Numbered from the stretch's first letter, positions 19,921 through 28,629 are shown. The stretch: DNA of 31,663 nt from Candidatus Methylomirabilia bacterium (GCA_046758965.1 JBHIBG010000026.1:1-31663); one strand, 5' to 3'. Made by a program: numbers and translations. Notes: generated by a model not told the origin, from the letters alone.

Positions 19921-20343
19921 GTGGGCGAGGAGGCGTCGAAACGCTACTTCACTCCTGGGGAGGTGGAAACGCTGATCCCGGAGCTCACCCAAATCATGGG
20001 CCGGCTGATGGATGCCCACAGCCAGGCCCGGCAGATCCGCTCGGTCCTCCGTGAGGAACAGCGCCGGATCATGGTGGCGGGCGGCGGGATTCTGGATCAG
20101 GTGACCTGGCAGGAGCGGACCCGGAGGCTGGAAGAGCTGACCCGTGACGTCCAGGGGGGGATCTCAGCCATCGCGGCGGCGGGGGGAATCCCCAAGGATC
20201 TCGAAGTGGGGCTGGTCGACTTTCCGCACGTGCTGGGCGGGCGGGAAGTGAACCTGTGCTGGCGGTTCGGTGAGAGCAGGATTCGATTCTGGCACGGCCT
20301 CGAGGAGGGATACGCCGCCCGGAAGCCCCTCGAGGGGGCGTGA
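19921..20343 (+). CDS. DUF2203-family protein
   Basis: YFT..E...LIPEL N-terminus and KDLEVGLVDFP...EVNLCWRFGE..IRFWHGLEEGYAARKPL C-terminal signature. Confidence 0.88.
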   Translation: MGEEASKRYFTPGEVETLIPELTQIMGRLMDAHSQARQIRSVLREEQRRIMVAGGGILDQVTWQERTRRLEELTRDVQGGISAIAAAGGIPKDLEVGLVDFPHVLGGREVNLCWRFGESRIRFWHGLEEGYAARKPLEGA

Positions 20344-20526
20344 GGGGGGCTATACGGCGAGGTGGGAATAGAACGCGGGAATTTTTTGAATAGAAAAACG
20401 TGAACTCTCATCAATTACCACTTGTTCTCTCACTCCCGTACAGGAACGCCGCGAAAGGGCCCGCGGGCCCGGTTGCTGACCGCGCCATCTATTTTGGGAT
20501 TGAGGGCAGTTGAGTACGCGGCGGGG

Positions 20527-21420
20527 TTATCTCTGGCGGGTGGTCAGCGCCAGCCCGACCACGACGCCCAGGCCTCCCATTATCTGGGCAACACTGATGG
20601 TCTCCCCCAACATCCCGGCGGCCAGAACCACCCCCACCAGGGGCTGGACGTTCATGAAAATGGCGGAGCGGCTAGCGCCCACTGCCCTCACGCCCTCGTA
20701 CCACCAGACGTGGGCTAGAGCTCCGAGGAGTGCCTGGTAGAGGACGACGCCCCAGGCGGTCGGAGAAGCAAGACGAGGAGCCGGGAACAGGGGAGCCGTG
20801 AGCAGGGCCAAGGGCAGGAGCATCAGGGTGCCCAGCATATAGGCCATGGTGGTGGCAACCGCCGGGGAGTGAACGGCCAGAACCCGTTTGCCGTAGATCG
20901 TGTAGACTGTCCAGCCGGTTATCGCCAGGAGAACCACGAAGTCTCCGGCGCGAAGCTCCTGCAGGCGGAGCGCGGCCACCCGTCCATTCGTGATCACCAG
21001 GAGCACGCCCGCCCCGGAACAGACCACCCCCAACCACTGTATGCGACTGAGCCGTTCCTTGAGATAGATTCGGGCACCCACCGCGACCATCACGGGCGTC
21101 GAGGCCTGGAGAATGACCGTGTTGGAAGCGGTGGTCAGGTAGATCGCGAGGTAGGTGAAGCCAGTGGAGACGAAGATCCCCGCGAACCCGAGCCAGGCGA
21201 AGGGCCAGAGGTCCTCGCGGGTGAGAGCTCGCGCCTCCGCCCAGCCGCGGCGGGAGAGGAGGAGGAGTAAAAAGACCGAGGCGAGGCTGATTCGGAGAAA
21301 CACGAGGAGGAAGGGCGGCAGGTCGGTCAGAGCGAGCTTGGCGAACGCGGGGTAGCTCCCCCACAAGGTTACGATGAGGAGGAGTGCCGCGTACGCCCGG
21401 GTTTGACTGGCCGAAGACAC
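20527..21420 (-). CDS. DMT/EamA-family transporter
   Basis: About 10 hydrophobic segments in two EamA repeats (LWGSYPAFAK, LKERLSRIQWLG, GDFVVLLA, LGETIS). GTG 21420 chosen to avoid overlap with the divergent gene. Confidence 0.93.
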   Translation of the reverse strand: MSSASQTRAYAALLLIVTLWGSYPAFAKLALTDLPPFLLVFLRISLASVFLLLLLSRRGWAEARALTREDLWPFAWLGFAGIFVSTGFTYLAIYLTTASNTVILQASTPVMVAVGARIYLKERLSRIQWLGVVCSGAGVLLVITNGRVAALRLQELRAGDFVVLLAITGWTVYTIYGKRVLAVHSPAVATTMAYMLGTLMLLPLALLTAPLFPAPRLASPTAWGVVLYQALLGALAHVWWYEGVRAVGASRSAIFMNVQPLVGVVLAAGMLGETISVAQIMGGLGVVVGLALTTRQR

Positions 21421-21440
21421 CTTCCTATCATAGCCCGGCG
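21421..21440. promoter_or_regulatory. Putative bidirectional promoter with overlapping -10 boxes (cTATCATAg)
   Basis: 20-bp spacer. TATCAT (+, 21426-21431) lies 9 nt before ATG 21441. TATGAT (-, 21432-21427) lies 6 nt before GTG 21420. Confidence 0.6.
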
Positions 21441-21911
21441 ATGGCCGATCATATTTTGGAAACCCGCCTGTGGCTGTCACGCTCGCGCGCCGAGGTGTTT
21501 GCCTTCTTTGCGGAGCCACAGAACCTGGCCGCCATCACGCCCCGCTGGCTCGGCTTCGCGCTGATCGCGGCTCCTCGGGAGCTTGAGGCGGGGGCGGTGA
21601 TCGACTCCCGACTCCGCTGGCTCGGCCTCCCGCTTCGGTGGCGCTCGATGATCCGCGAGTACGACCCGCCGTACCGATTTGTGGACGTCCAGCTCCGGGG
21701 ACCCTATGACCGTTGGGAGCACCGCCACCTCTTCCTCGAGGGGGATGGCGGGACCTGGGTTGAGGACCGGGTGACGTACCGCCTTCCGCTGGGCCCGCTC
21801 GGACGAGGGGTCCACTCGCTGCTGGTCCGCCGGCAGCTCGAAGCGATCTTCGCCTACCGGGACGCGCGGCTTCTCGAGAGATTCGGCAGGGACGATCCGA
21901 GAAAGCTCTGA
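21441..21911 (+). CDS. SRPBCC (polyketide cyclase/START-like) family protein
   Basis: EVFAFFAEPQNLAAITP, W...I.EYDPPYRFVDVQLRGPYDRWEHRHLF, DRVTYRLPLGPLG, IFAYR. Confidence 0.9.
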   Translation: MADHILETRLWLSRSRAEVFAFFAEPQNLAAITPRWLGFALIAAPRELEAGAVIDSRLRWLGLPLRWRSMIREYDPPYRFVDVQLRGPYDRWEHRHLFLEGDGGTWVEDRVTYRLPLGPLGRGVHSLLVRRQLEAIFAYRDARLLERFGRDDPRKL

Positions 21912-22024
21912 CCCTCCTCATTTTTCTTTGCTTGACCGAGTACCCCCGATGTTACCGTCGGACGTATAGGCGAAGGGAGTCACGACCGGGATCGAGACAC
22001 CCTCACAGCTACGAGGACGATGAC

Positions 22025-22678
22025 GTGAAATCTCCCGAGCGGGGCATTCTGGAGAAGCGGTCGGTCCGCACCCTTTTCGCGGGAATTGCCGCGTTCCTGG
22101 GCGGGCTCGCCATCCTTGCGGCGGCGTTCATCACCTTCCCATACCTACGGGAGTGGAGGAGTCCCACGCCGCCCCGAAGCCCGTTACTAGAGGCCATCCC
22201 TCTGCTCCCGTTGGAGCCGCGGTCTGGTGCCCCGACTGAATTGGAGGCGGCGAACCCTCCCACGCTGCCAGCGGCCACGTCCATGGCGGAGCAACCCGGA
22301 CCTCGAGAGCTTCCGCCTCCGACCGCCAAACCCGAGCCGGCTTTGGCTGCTCCTACGGCAAGAGTCGCTCCCGACGCCGAGCGGAGGTCGGGAGAGCCGC
22401 CGATGCCGAATGCGGCTGCTCCCGTGCTTTCGAAGGAGGAGTTCTGGGTGCAGGTGGCCGCTTACAAGGACTCGAAGTACGCGGTACGTCTGGCCCTCCA
22501 ACTCAGCGCCGAACACTACCCTGTCGTGATTCGCCTGCGGGAGTCGGCAGCCGTACCGTACGTCGTGTGGGTCGGCAAGTACGACAGCCGGGAACGCGCC
22601 GACGAGATACGGGCTGCTCTCCGAACGAAGGGATTCGACGGCTTCGTTTTGAGAGACGAGAGGCGCGGACTTCCCTAA
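22025..22678 (+). CDS. SPOR domain membrane protein
   Basis: N-terminal TM (TLFAGIAAFLGGLAILAAAFITF), Pro/Ala-rich linker, C-terminal FWVQVAAY...YVVWVGKY.SRERA..LR..GFDGFV. GTG 22025 follows GAGGA; the start is uncertain. Confidence 0.85.
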   Translation: MKSPERGILEKRSVRTLFAGIAAFLGGLAILAAAFITFPYLREWRSPTPPRSPLLEAIPLLPLEPRSGAPTELEAANPPTLPAATSMAEQPGPRELPPPTAKPEPALAAPTARVAPDAERRSGEPPMPNAAAPVLSKEEFWVQVAAYKDSKYAVRLALQLSAEHYPVVIRLRESAAVPYVVWVGKYDSRERADEIRAALRTKGFDGFVLRDERRGLP

Positions 22679-22785
22679 GCCTCACGCGCTTGTAGGCTGC
22701 GCCCGCAGGTAAAACCCGGCCCTTCTGCTCCCGTCATCGTCATATTGTTGGTCACCGGCTGTCCTTTAGGTATGCTGGGAGGCCG

Positions 22786-22887
22786 ATGAGCCCCAAGCGT
22801 CAGGCCGACTCCCCGGGGCCCGGACTCGCACGGCAGCTCAACCGGCTCGGGCGGGAGCTGGCGCGAACCCTCGGGTCCCTCACGTGA
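22786..22887 (+). CDS. 33-aa small ORF or gene remnant coupled to nfo
   Basis: GGGAGG then ATG: MSPKRQADSPGPGLARQLNRLGRELARTLGSLT*. Its TGA overlaps the nfo GTG (GTGA). Confidence 0.45.
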   Translation: MSPKRQADSPGPGLARQLNRLGRELARTLGSLT

Positions 22888-23753
22888 CTCGGAGGTCCGG
22901 CGCGCGCGATCTCCTTGGTGCCCACATGTCCATCGCGGGCGGGCTTCACCTGGCCGTCGAACGGGGTGGGGCCATGGGCTGTGGCGTGATCCAGCTCTTT
23001 CTGAAGAACCAGGTTCGGTGGCGGGGCAAGCCGCTCTCAGCGGCGGAGGTGCGGGAGTTCAAGCGCGCGCAGAAGGCGACCGGGATCCGGATCGCCTTCG
23101 CCCACGCGACCTACCTGATCAACCTGGCCTCTTCCGTGGAGAGCGAGTGGCGCCGGTCGGTGGAAGCCTTCCATGACGAACTGGAGCGGGCTGAAGCGCT
23201 GGGGCTCCCGTTCGTGGTGATCCACCCGGGCTCGCACATGGGGTGGGGGCTCAAGGCGGGACTCGCGCGCGTCGTTCGGGCAGCCGACGAGCTATGCCGG
23301 CGGACTCCGGGCTACCGGGTCAGGATTTGCCTGGAGAACACCGCCGGTGCGGGCACTACCGTCGGGGCGAGGTTTGAGGAGCTTGGCCTCATGCTACACC
23401 GCGCCCGGTTCCCAGAGCGGCTCGGCGTTTGCCTTGACACCTGCCATCTCTTCGCCGCGGGCTACGATATCCGCACGCGACCCGGCTACCTCGCCACCAT
23501 GGAGGAGTGCGAGCGAGCCATCGGGACAGACCGGGTGCTCGCCTTTCACCTCAATGACGCCAAACAGGGGCTTGGCTCCGGTCTGGACCGGCACCAGCAT
23601 ATCGGCAAGGGGGAGATCGGGCTCACGGCGTTTCGCTGTCTTGTGAACGACCCCCGCTTCGCCAAGCTCCCGATGGCCTTGGAGACCCCCAAGGGCGAAG
23701 ACGCCGACATCAGGAATCTTGCCACGCTTCGCCGCCTGAAGCGACGGCGCTAG
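22884..23753 (+). CDS. nfo: Endonuclease IV (AP endonuclease)
   Basis: GAHMSIAGG, HATYLINLAS, HPGSH, ENTAG, CLDTCHLFAAGYDI, HLND, DRHQHIGKG, LETP Zn ligands. Confidence 0.96.
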   Translation: MTRRSGARDLLGAHMSIAGGLHLAVERGGAMGCGVIQLFLKNQVRWRGKPLSAAEVREFKRAQKATGIRIAFAHATYLINLASSVESEWRRSVEAFHDELERAEALGLPFVVIHPGSHMGWGLKAGLARVVRAADELCRRTPGYRVRICLENTAGAGTTVGARFEELGLMLHRARFPERLGVCLDTCHLFAAGYDIRTRPGYLATMEECERAIGTDRVLAFHLNDAKQGLGSGLDRHQHIGKGEIGLTAFRCLVNDPRFAKLPMALETPKGEDADIRNLATLRRLKRRR

Positions 23754-24451
23754 CGGGAGCGCCTCACGCCAACCCGGTGGCAGGCATTATGCACCGGGCA
23801 GATGGAGCATTTCGGGGAGAGGGGCGCGCAGATGTTCTTGCCGAAGGCGACCAGGAGCTCGTTTACTTCGATCCAGTGGCGCGGGGGGAGCTTCTCCCGG
23901 AGGGCCAACTCCGTCTGTTCCGGAGTTTTGGTCCGGACAAAGCCCAGCCGGTTGACGATCCGGTGAACGTGGGTGTCCACGCAGATTCCCGGCAGTGCGA
24001 ACGCCCTCGTGATGACCAGATTGGCAGTCTTCCGGCCTACCCCGGGGAGCGTGAGCAGAGCATCGAGGTGCGGCGGTACCTTCCCGTTGAAGCGCTCCGG
24101 GAGTTCCCGGCAGAAGCTCAGGATCAGCCGCGCCTTGGTTCGGTAGAACCCCACGGGATAGATGACCCGCTCGATCTGCCTGGGGGTGAGCCGAGAGATC
24201 GTCTCGGGGGTCTTCGCGAGGGCAAACAACCGGTCGGCGGCCGGGCCGGTTGTCTCGTCTTTAGTCCTGAACGAAAGCAGGCAGGTGATCAGGATCCGGA
24301 ACGGATCCTGATTCGTTTGGTCAGCGACCTCGGCCACCGCCGTCGAGTCCCACTCGGGCGCCTTGGCCTTGAGCCGTGAAATCACCCGGCTGATGCCCTC
24401 GGCTGTCAGTGGGGCCTTGACGGCAGAGCGAAGCCAGCGGGGGGTCTTCAC
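23750..24451 (-). CDS. nth: Endonuclease III (HhH-GPD DNA glycosylase/AP lyase)
   Basis: PFRILITCLLS, IYPVGFYRTKA, LPGVGRKTANLV, CVDTHVHRI, 4Fe-4S motif C-x6-C-x2-C-x5-C. Confidence 0.95.
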   Translation of the reverse strand: MKTPRWLRSAVKAPLTAEGISRVISRLKAKAPEWDSTAVAEVADQTNQDPFRILITCLLSFRTKDETTGPAADRLFALAKTPETISRLTPRQIERVIYPVGFYRTKARLILSFCRELPERFNGKVPPHLDALLTLPGVGRKTANLVITRAFALPGICVDTHVHRIVNRLGFVRTKTPEQTELALREKLPPRHWIEVNELLVAFGKNICAPLSPKCSICPVHNACHRVGVRRSR

Positions 24452-25179
24452 GGGTTGTCCTTGATCGACTCGAGAAGCTTGCGGGCCCGCGGGGCGTGCT
24501 TGATGGTCCAGTCGGCCAGATTTCGGGGCTGACGCTCGTCCAACACCCGCTGCAATTGCTTGCGCGCTTCTTCGTATTTCTTCTTCTTGATCAGGACCCG
24601 CGCCAGGCCCACGCGCATGCCGTTGAAGTGCGGGTCGATTTCAAGCCCCTTTTGGAAGTGCTCCTCGGCCTTGTCCAGACCGCCCCCGAAGAGTCTGGGC
24701 ACTTCGAAGTCGACATTCCCCGCCAGGGCATGAGCTCCCGGAAGATCCGGGGCCAGTTCGAAGATGGTCTTCAGCTCCTTCCTGACAGTGGGGAGCAGGA
24801 AGAGGGAGCGGAGCACGCCTTTCGCCTGTCCCCAGCGGCCTATGTTGATGGCGTACCAGAGGTGAGCGGATGGGTCTTTTGGCGCCAGCTCCACGGCCCG
24901 CTTGCCAAGCTGGCGGCCACGGCGGTAGGCCTCCAGCTTCTCCTCGTCGGTCTCGGCACGCACATCTCCCCATATGAAGTAGATCCGGGAAAGCAGGATC
25001 ATGCCCTGGACCTGAGAATCGGTCTTGAGGGCTTCCTCCATGAGGTCGCGGGCTCGGTCGATCCGCGCCAGATCCTCGTGGTAGTTTGAGATCAGCGCCT
25101 TCGCCTCCTCGATCGGAGACCGGGCCTCGGCGAGCAGAGGGGCCAGGAGGATGGCGAACAGCGCGAGCAGCCTGCCCAT
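24448..25179 (-). CDS. Secreted TPR-repeat protein
   Basis: Signal peptide MGRLLALFAILLAPLLAEA and TPR-like helices (AVELAPKDPSAHLWYA, AEEHFQKGLEIDP, YEEARKQLQRVL). GTGA overlap with nth. Confidence 0.85.
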   Translation of the reverse strand: MGRLLALFAILLAPLLAEARSPIEEAKALISNYHEDLARIDRARDLMEEALKTDSQVQGMILLSRIYFIWGDVRAETDEEKLEAYRRGRQLGKRAVELAPKDPSAHLWYAINIGRWGQAKGVLRSLFLLPTVRKELKTIFELAPDLPGAHALAGNVDFEVPRLFGGGLDKAEEHFQKGLEIDPHFNGMRVGLARVLIKKKKYEEARKQLQRVLDERQPRNLADWTIKHAPRARKLLESIKDNP

Positions 25180-25186
25180 CGCCACT

Positions 25187-25255
25187 ACTCTAGTGTTTGG
25201 ATGAGCCTCAGGTCAATTGGCTTTCCTTGACTTCCCCGTCCCACCCCCCGATGAT
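25187..25255. promoter_or_regulatory. Back-to-back divergent sigma70-type promoters for TPR-nth (-) and the LLM cluster (+)
   Basis: Minus strand: TTGACC(25216-25211)-N18-TAGAGT(25192-25187). Plus strand: TTGACT(25227-25232)-N17-GATGAT(25250-25255). Confidence 0.5.
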
Positions 25256-25263
25256 GAAGGCCC

Positions 25264-25941
25264 GTGGAGGCAGCAGCGATCTCGGTCGGCGTGCAGACCT
25301 GGGGAACTGACCTTCCCGCGCTCCGGCGCTACTGGGCCGAAGCGGAGTCTCCCGGGTACCAGCGGCTTACGTATGGAGATGGCCTCTGGGCGTGGACTTA
25401 CGATGGTTGGACCATGCTGGGCGCCCTTGCGCTCCTCACCCGGGGAATCCGGATCGGCCCGGCGGTGACCTACTGCTTTGACCCTTTCTCCCGCCACCCG
25501 TCCTGGCTCGCCAAGGCGGCGGCGGTGGACCACCTCTCCAACGGAAGGCTGGATCTCCGGCTCGGCGTCGGCGCCGAAGATCCCGGAGCGGCAGCGTTCT
25601 GGAAGAGCCACGGCGTCTCCTATCCTGGCGCCGGCGATCGGGTCGAGTGCCTGGAAGAGGGGATCCGGATCGTCGCTCAGCTCTGGGAGGGCGGCCCGGT
25701 TGACTTCGCCGGGCGCTTCTTCACCCTGAAAGGTGCGCGGCTCTCTCCGCGACCTCTGCAGACGCCGCGGCCGCCGGTGTGGGTGGCGGCCATGGGCCGC
25801 CGCGCCCTCAGAGTCGTCGCTCTCCACGCCGACGGGTGGGAAGCCTCCTACCTCACGCCGGCGGCGTATGCCGACAGGGCGCGGCAGCTCCGGTCGCTCC
25901 TCGAGCAGGTGCTCCCCGCGCTCAGCCGCCAAACGGCTTGA
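25264..25941 (+). pseudogene. LLM-class flavin-dependent oxidoreductase, apparently internally deleted
   Basis: RHPSWLAK...VDHLSNGRLDLRLGVG, PRPLQTPRPPVWVAA.G..ALRVVALHADGW. Only 225 aa, and it jumps to a C-terminal-like EQVLPAL. Confidence 0.65.
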
Positions 25942-26005
25942 CGGGGAGTTGCCGCTCATGTTTCATGGCGGGGTGAGGGTCTCGGTGAGTCACGGAGGGT
26001 AAGAG

Positions 26006-27436
26006 ATGGGAGTGAGAACCCGTGAGGCGTATGTCGCAGCGCTCAGGGACCAACGTGTCATCTACTACGGCGGGGAGCGGGTGAAGGATGTCACCACCCA
26101 TCCGGCGCTCTCTCTCACCGTGGAGCACGGCGCCACCGTGTTCGAGTGCGCGGAGGCCTCGCCGGCATCCTTCACGTACGAAGCCGAGGATGGGGAGCGG
26201 TGCTCCGCGTACTTCAGAATTCCCAGGAGTCCTCAGGATCTTCTCGAGCGGGCCGGGCTCATCGAAGAGACCACCCGCCGCTGCCGGAGCACGTTCAACA
26301 TCATCAAGGCTGTGGGGACCGATGCCCTCGATGCCTTGCACGTCGTCGCCACCCGGATGGACCGCGCCCTCGGGACGAACTATCTGGAACGGGTCCGGGC
26401 CTATCACCGTCAGTGCGCCGGGGGCGACCTGACCATGGCACTGGCCCAGACCGACGTCAAGGGGGACCGGAGCCTCCGCCCCCACGAGCAGGCGAACCCT
26501 GACGCCTATCTCAGGATCGTCGAGCGTCGCGCCGACGGGATCGTCGTGCGGGGCGCCAAGGCCCACACCACGATGGCGCCGGTGGTGGACGAGCTGATCG
26601 TCCTGCCTACCCGAGCCTTGACCCAGGCGGACCGGGAGTATGCTGTCGCGTTTGCGGTCAGGCCGGACAGTTTCGGGGTGAAGATGATCTGCCGGACCAT
26701 CGGCGAGGCTGACCGCTCCGTGTTCGACTATCCGGTCAGCCGCCGGAACGTGGAGATCGAAACCCTCACGCTCTTCGAGGATGTGTTCGTCCCGTGGGAG
26801 CGGGTCTTCCTGGCGGGTGAGTGGGAGTGGGCCGGAGACCTGGCAACTACCTTCGCCCAGTTTCACCGGTTCACTGGCATCTCTTACAAGCCGCCGATCG
26901 GCGACCTCTTCATCGGCTGCGCCCAGCTCGTGGCTGAGTGGAATGGCGTCGCCCAGGCCTCGCACGTGCGCGAGAAGATCACCCGCCTCATCCAGTATAC
27001 GGAGACGATCCGCGCCTGCGGCAAGGCCGCCGCCCTGGACTGCCAGATGGTGGAGGGAATCGCGCTCCCCAATCCGGTCTTCACCAATGTCGGCAAGCAC
27101 CAGTTCGCCAGCCAGTTCCACGAAGCCGTGCGACTGCTCCAGGACCTGGCTGGGGGCCTCGCGATCACCGCCCCCTCGGAGCGGGACTATCGGAACCCCG
27201 AGGTCCAGAAGGCGCTCGATCGCTACCTGGCTGGCGCCGGGGAGGTGCCGGCTGAGTGGCGGCTTCGGCTCTTCCACCTGATCCGCGACCTGACGGCCTC
27301 GGACTTTGGCGGCTACAACCTCGTCGTCACGCTCCACGGGGAGGGGTCGCTTCAGGCCCAGCTCCTGACGACCTACCGGGAGTACGACCTCGAGCGGCCC
27401 CGAGCCCTGGTCAAGGCCATTCTGGGGCTCGAGTGA
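26006..27436 (+). CDS. 4-hydroxybutyryl-CoA dehydratase / 4-hydroxyphenylacetate 3-hydroxylase (HpaB) family flavoprotein, divergent
   Basis: AQTDVKGDRSLRP, DGIVVRGAKAHTT, FEDVFVPWERVFLAGE, FHR, QDLAGG, HGEGSLQAQ. RBS GGAGG. Confidence 0.9.
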   Translation: MGVRTREAYVAALRDQRVIYYGGERVKDVTTHPALSLTVEHGATVFECAEASPASFTYEAEDGERCSAYFRIPRSPQDLLERAGLIEETTRRCRSTFNIIKAVGTDALDALHVVATRMDRALGTNYLERVRAYHRQCAGGDLTMALAQTDVKGDRSLRPHEQANPDAYLRIVERRADGIVVRGAKAHTTMAPVVDELIVLPTRALTQADREYAVAFAVRPDSFGVKMICRTIGEADRSVFDYPVSRRNVEIETLTLFEDVFVPWERVFLAGEWEWAGDLATTFAQFHRFTGISYKPPIGDLFIGCAQLVAEWNGVAQASHVREKITRLIQYTETIRACGKAAALDCQMVEGIALPNPVFTNVGKHQFASQFHEAVRLLQDLAGGLAITAPSERDYRNPEVQKALDRYLAGAGEVPAEWRLRLFHLIRDLTASDFGGYNLVVTLHGEGSLQAQLLTTYREYDLERPRALVKAILGLE

Positions 27437-28629
27437 GCGCGCCGGAAGCGCTCGACGACTTGACGGTCCTGGATCTGGCCACCTTTGTGGCGGCTCCGGT
27501 GTGCGCCACGATCCTGGGTGAGTTCGGCGCCGAGGTGATCAAAGTCGAGCAGCCCGGGATCGGGGACGAGTTGCGCCGTCTCGGTCACCAGGTGGATGGG
27601 GTCTCGCTCTGGTGGCTCAGCGAAGCGCGGAACAAGAAATCCATCACGTGTAATCTCCGCACCGCGGCAGGGCAAGACCTCGTCAGGCGGCTGGCCAGAG
27701 AGGTCGACATCGTGACCGAGAACTTCAGGCCTGGCACTCTCGAGCGCTGGGGCCTCGGATACGAAGCGCTCAAGGCGATCAACCCGGGGATCATCATGGT
27801 CAGGATCTCGGCCTTCGGTCAGACTGGCCCCTACCGGGACCGGCCGGGCTTCGGCCGGATCGCCGCAGCGGTCGGCGGAGCCAGCTACCTCTCTGGCTAT
27901 CCCGACCGCCCCCCGGTCACTCCCGGCACCCCTACGATCCCGGATTATCTGGCGGCGGTGATGGGGGCCCTGGGAGCCCTCATCGCCCGTCAGCACAGGA
28001 ATCGGACGGGCGAGGGGCAGGTGGTGGACGTTGGGCTCTACGAGCCCCTGCTCAGGATGCTGGACGAACTGGTGCCGGTGCACGGGGCTACCGGGCACAT
28101 TCGGGAGCGGATCGGCTCGGGGACTGAATATGTGGTCCCTCACAACCACTACTGCTCTCGGGACAAGCGGTGGGTCGCGATCGCGTGCACCAACGACAGG
28201 ATGTTCGATCGCCTGCTCGCTGGCATGGGGAAGCAGGAGCTGAAGGACCGCTACCGGACCATGGCTGAGCGTGTCCGGCTGCGCGAGGAGCTGGACGGGC
28301 TGATTCAGGAGTGGATAGGCAGCCAGGATGCGAGAGAGGCGCTTGCGCGGCTGGAGGCCGCTGAGGTGCCGTGCTCGCTGGTCTACAGCGTCAAGGATCT
28401 CTTCGAAGACCCGCAGGTGAAGGCGCGCGAGAACATCGTCGCGCTCGAGAGCCCGTTGGGTGGGCTCCTCCACATGGTGGGCGTGGTTCCGAAGCTCTCG
28501 CGCACCCCCGGTCGCATAGAGCGCGTGGGGCCGCCGGCGATCGGCGAGCACAACGAGGAGATCTACCTGGGCCGGCTCGGGCTGTCGCGCGAGACACTCG
28601 CTGACCTCAAGGCGCGAGGGGTGGTCTGA
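27433..28629 (+). CDS. Family III CoA-transferase (CaiB/BaiF)
   Basis: VLDLATFVAAP, GAEVIKVEQPG.GD, RNKKSI, ENFRPGTLERWGLG, SAFGQTGPY..RPGF, GEGQVVDV. GTGA overlap with the upstream gene. Confidence 0.95.
   Translation: MSAPEALDDLTVLDLATFVAAPVCATILGEFGAEVIKVEQPGIGDELRRLGHQVDGVSLWWLSEARNKKSITCNLRTAAGQDLVRRLAREVDIVTENFRPGTLERWGLGYEALKAINPGIIMVRISAFGQTGPYRDRPGFGRIAAAVGGASYLSGYPDRPPVTPGTPTIPDYLAAVMGALGALIARQHRNRTGEGQVVDVGLYEPLLRMLDELVPVHGATGHIRERIGSGTEYVVPHNHYCSRDKRWVAIACTNDRMFDRLLAGMGKQELKDRYRTMAERVRLREELDGLIQEWIGSQDAREALARLEAAEVPCSLVYSVKDLFEDPQVKARENIVALESPLGGLLHMVGVVPKLSRTPGRIERVGPPAIGEHNEEIYLGRLGLSRETLADLKARGVV

Noticed and set aside
20440..20480. GCGAAAG-containing segment as a c-di-GMP-I riboswitch
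   Set aside because: It lacks the GGCAAA/GCAAA conserved elements and paired stems, and no same-strand gene follows.
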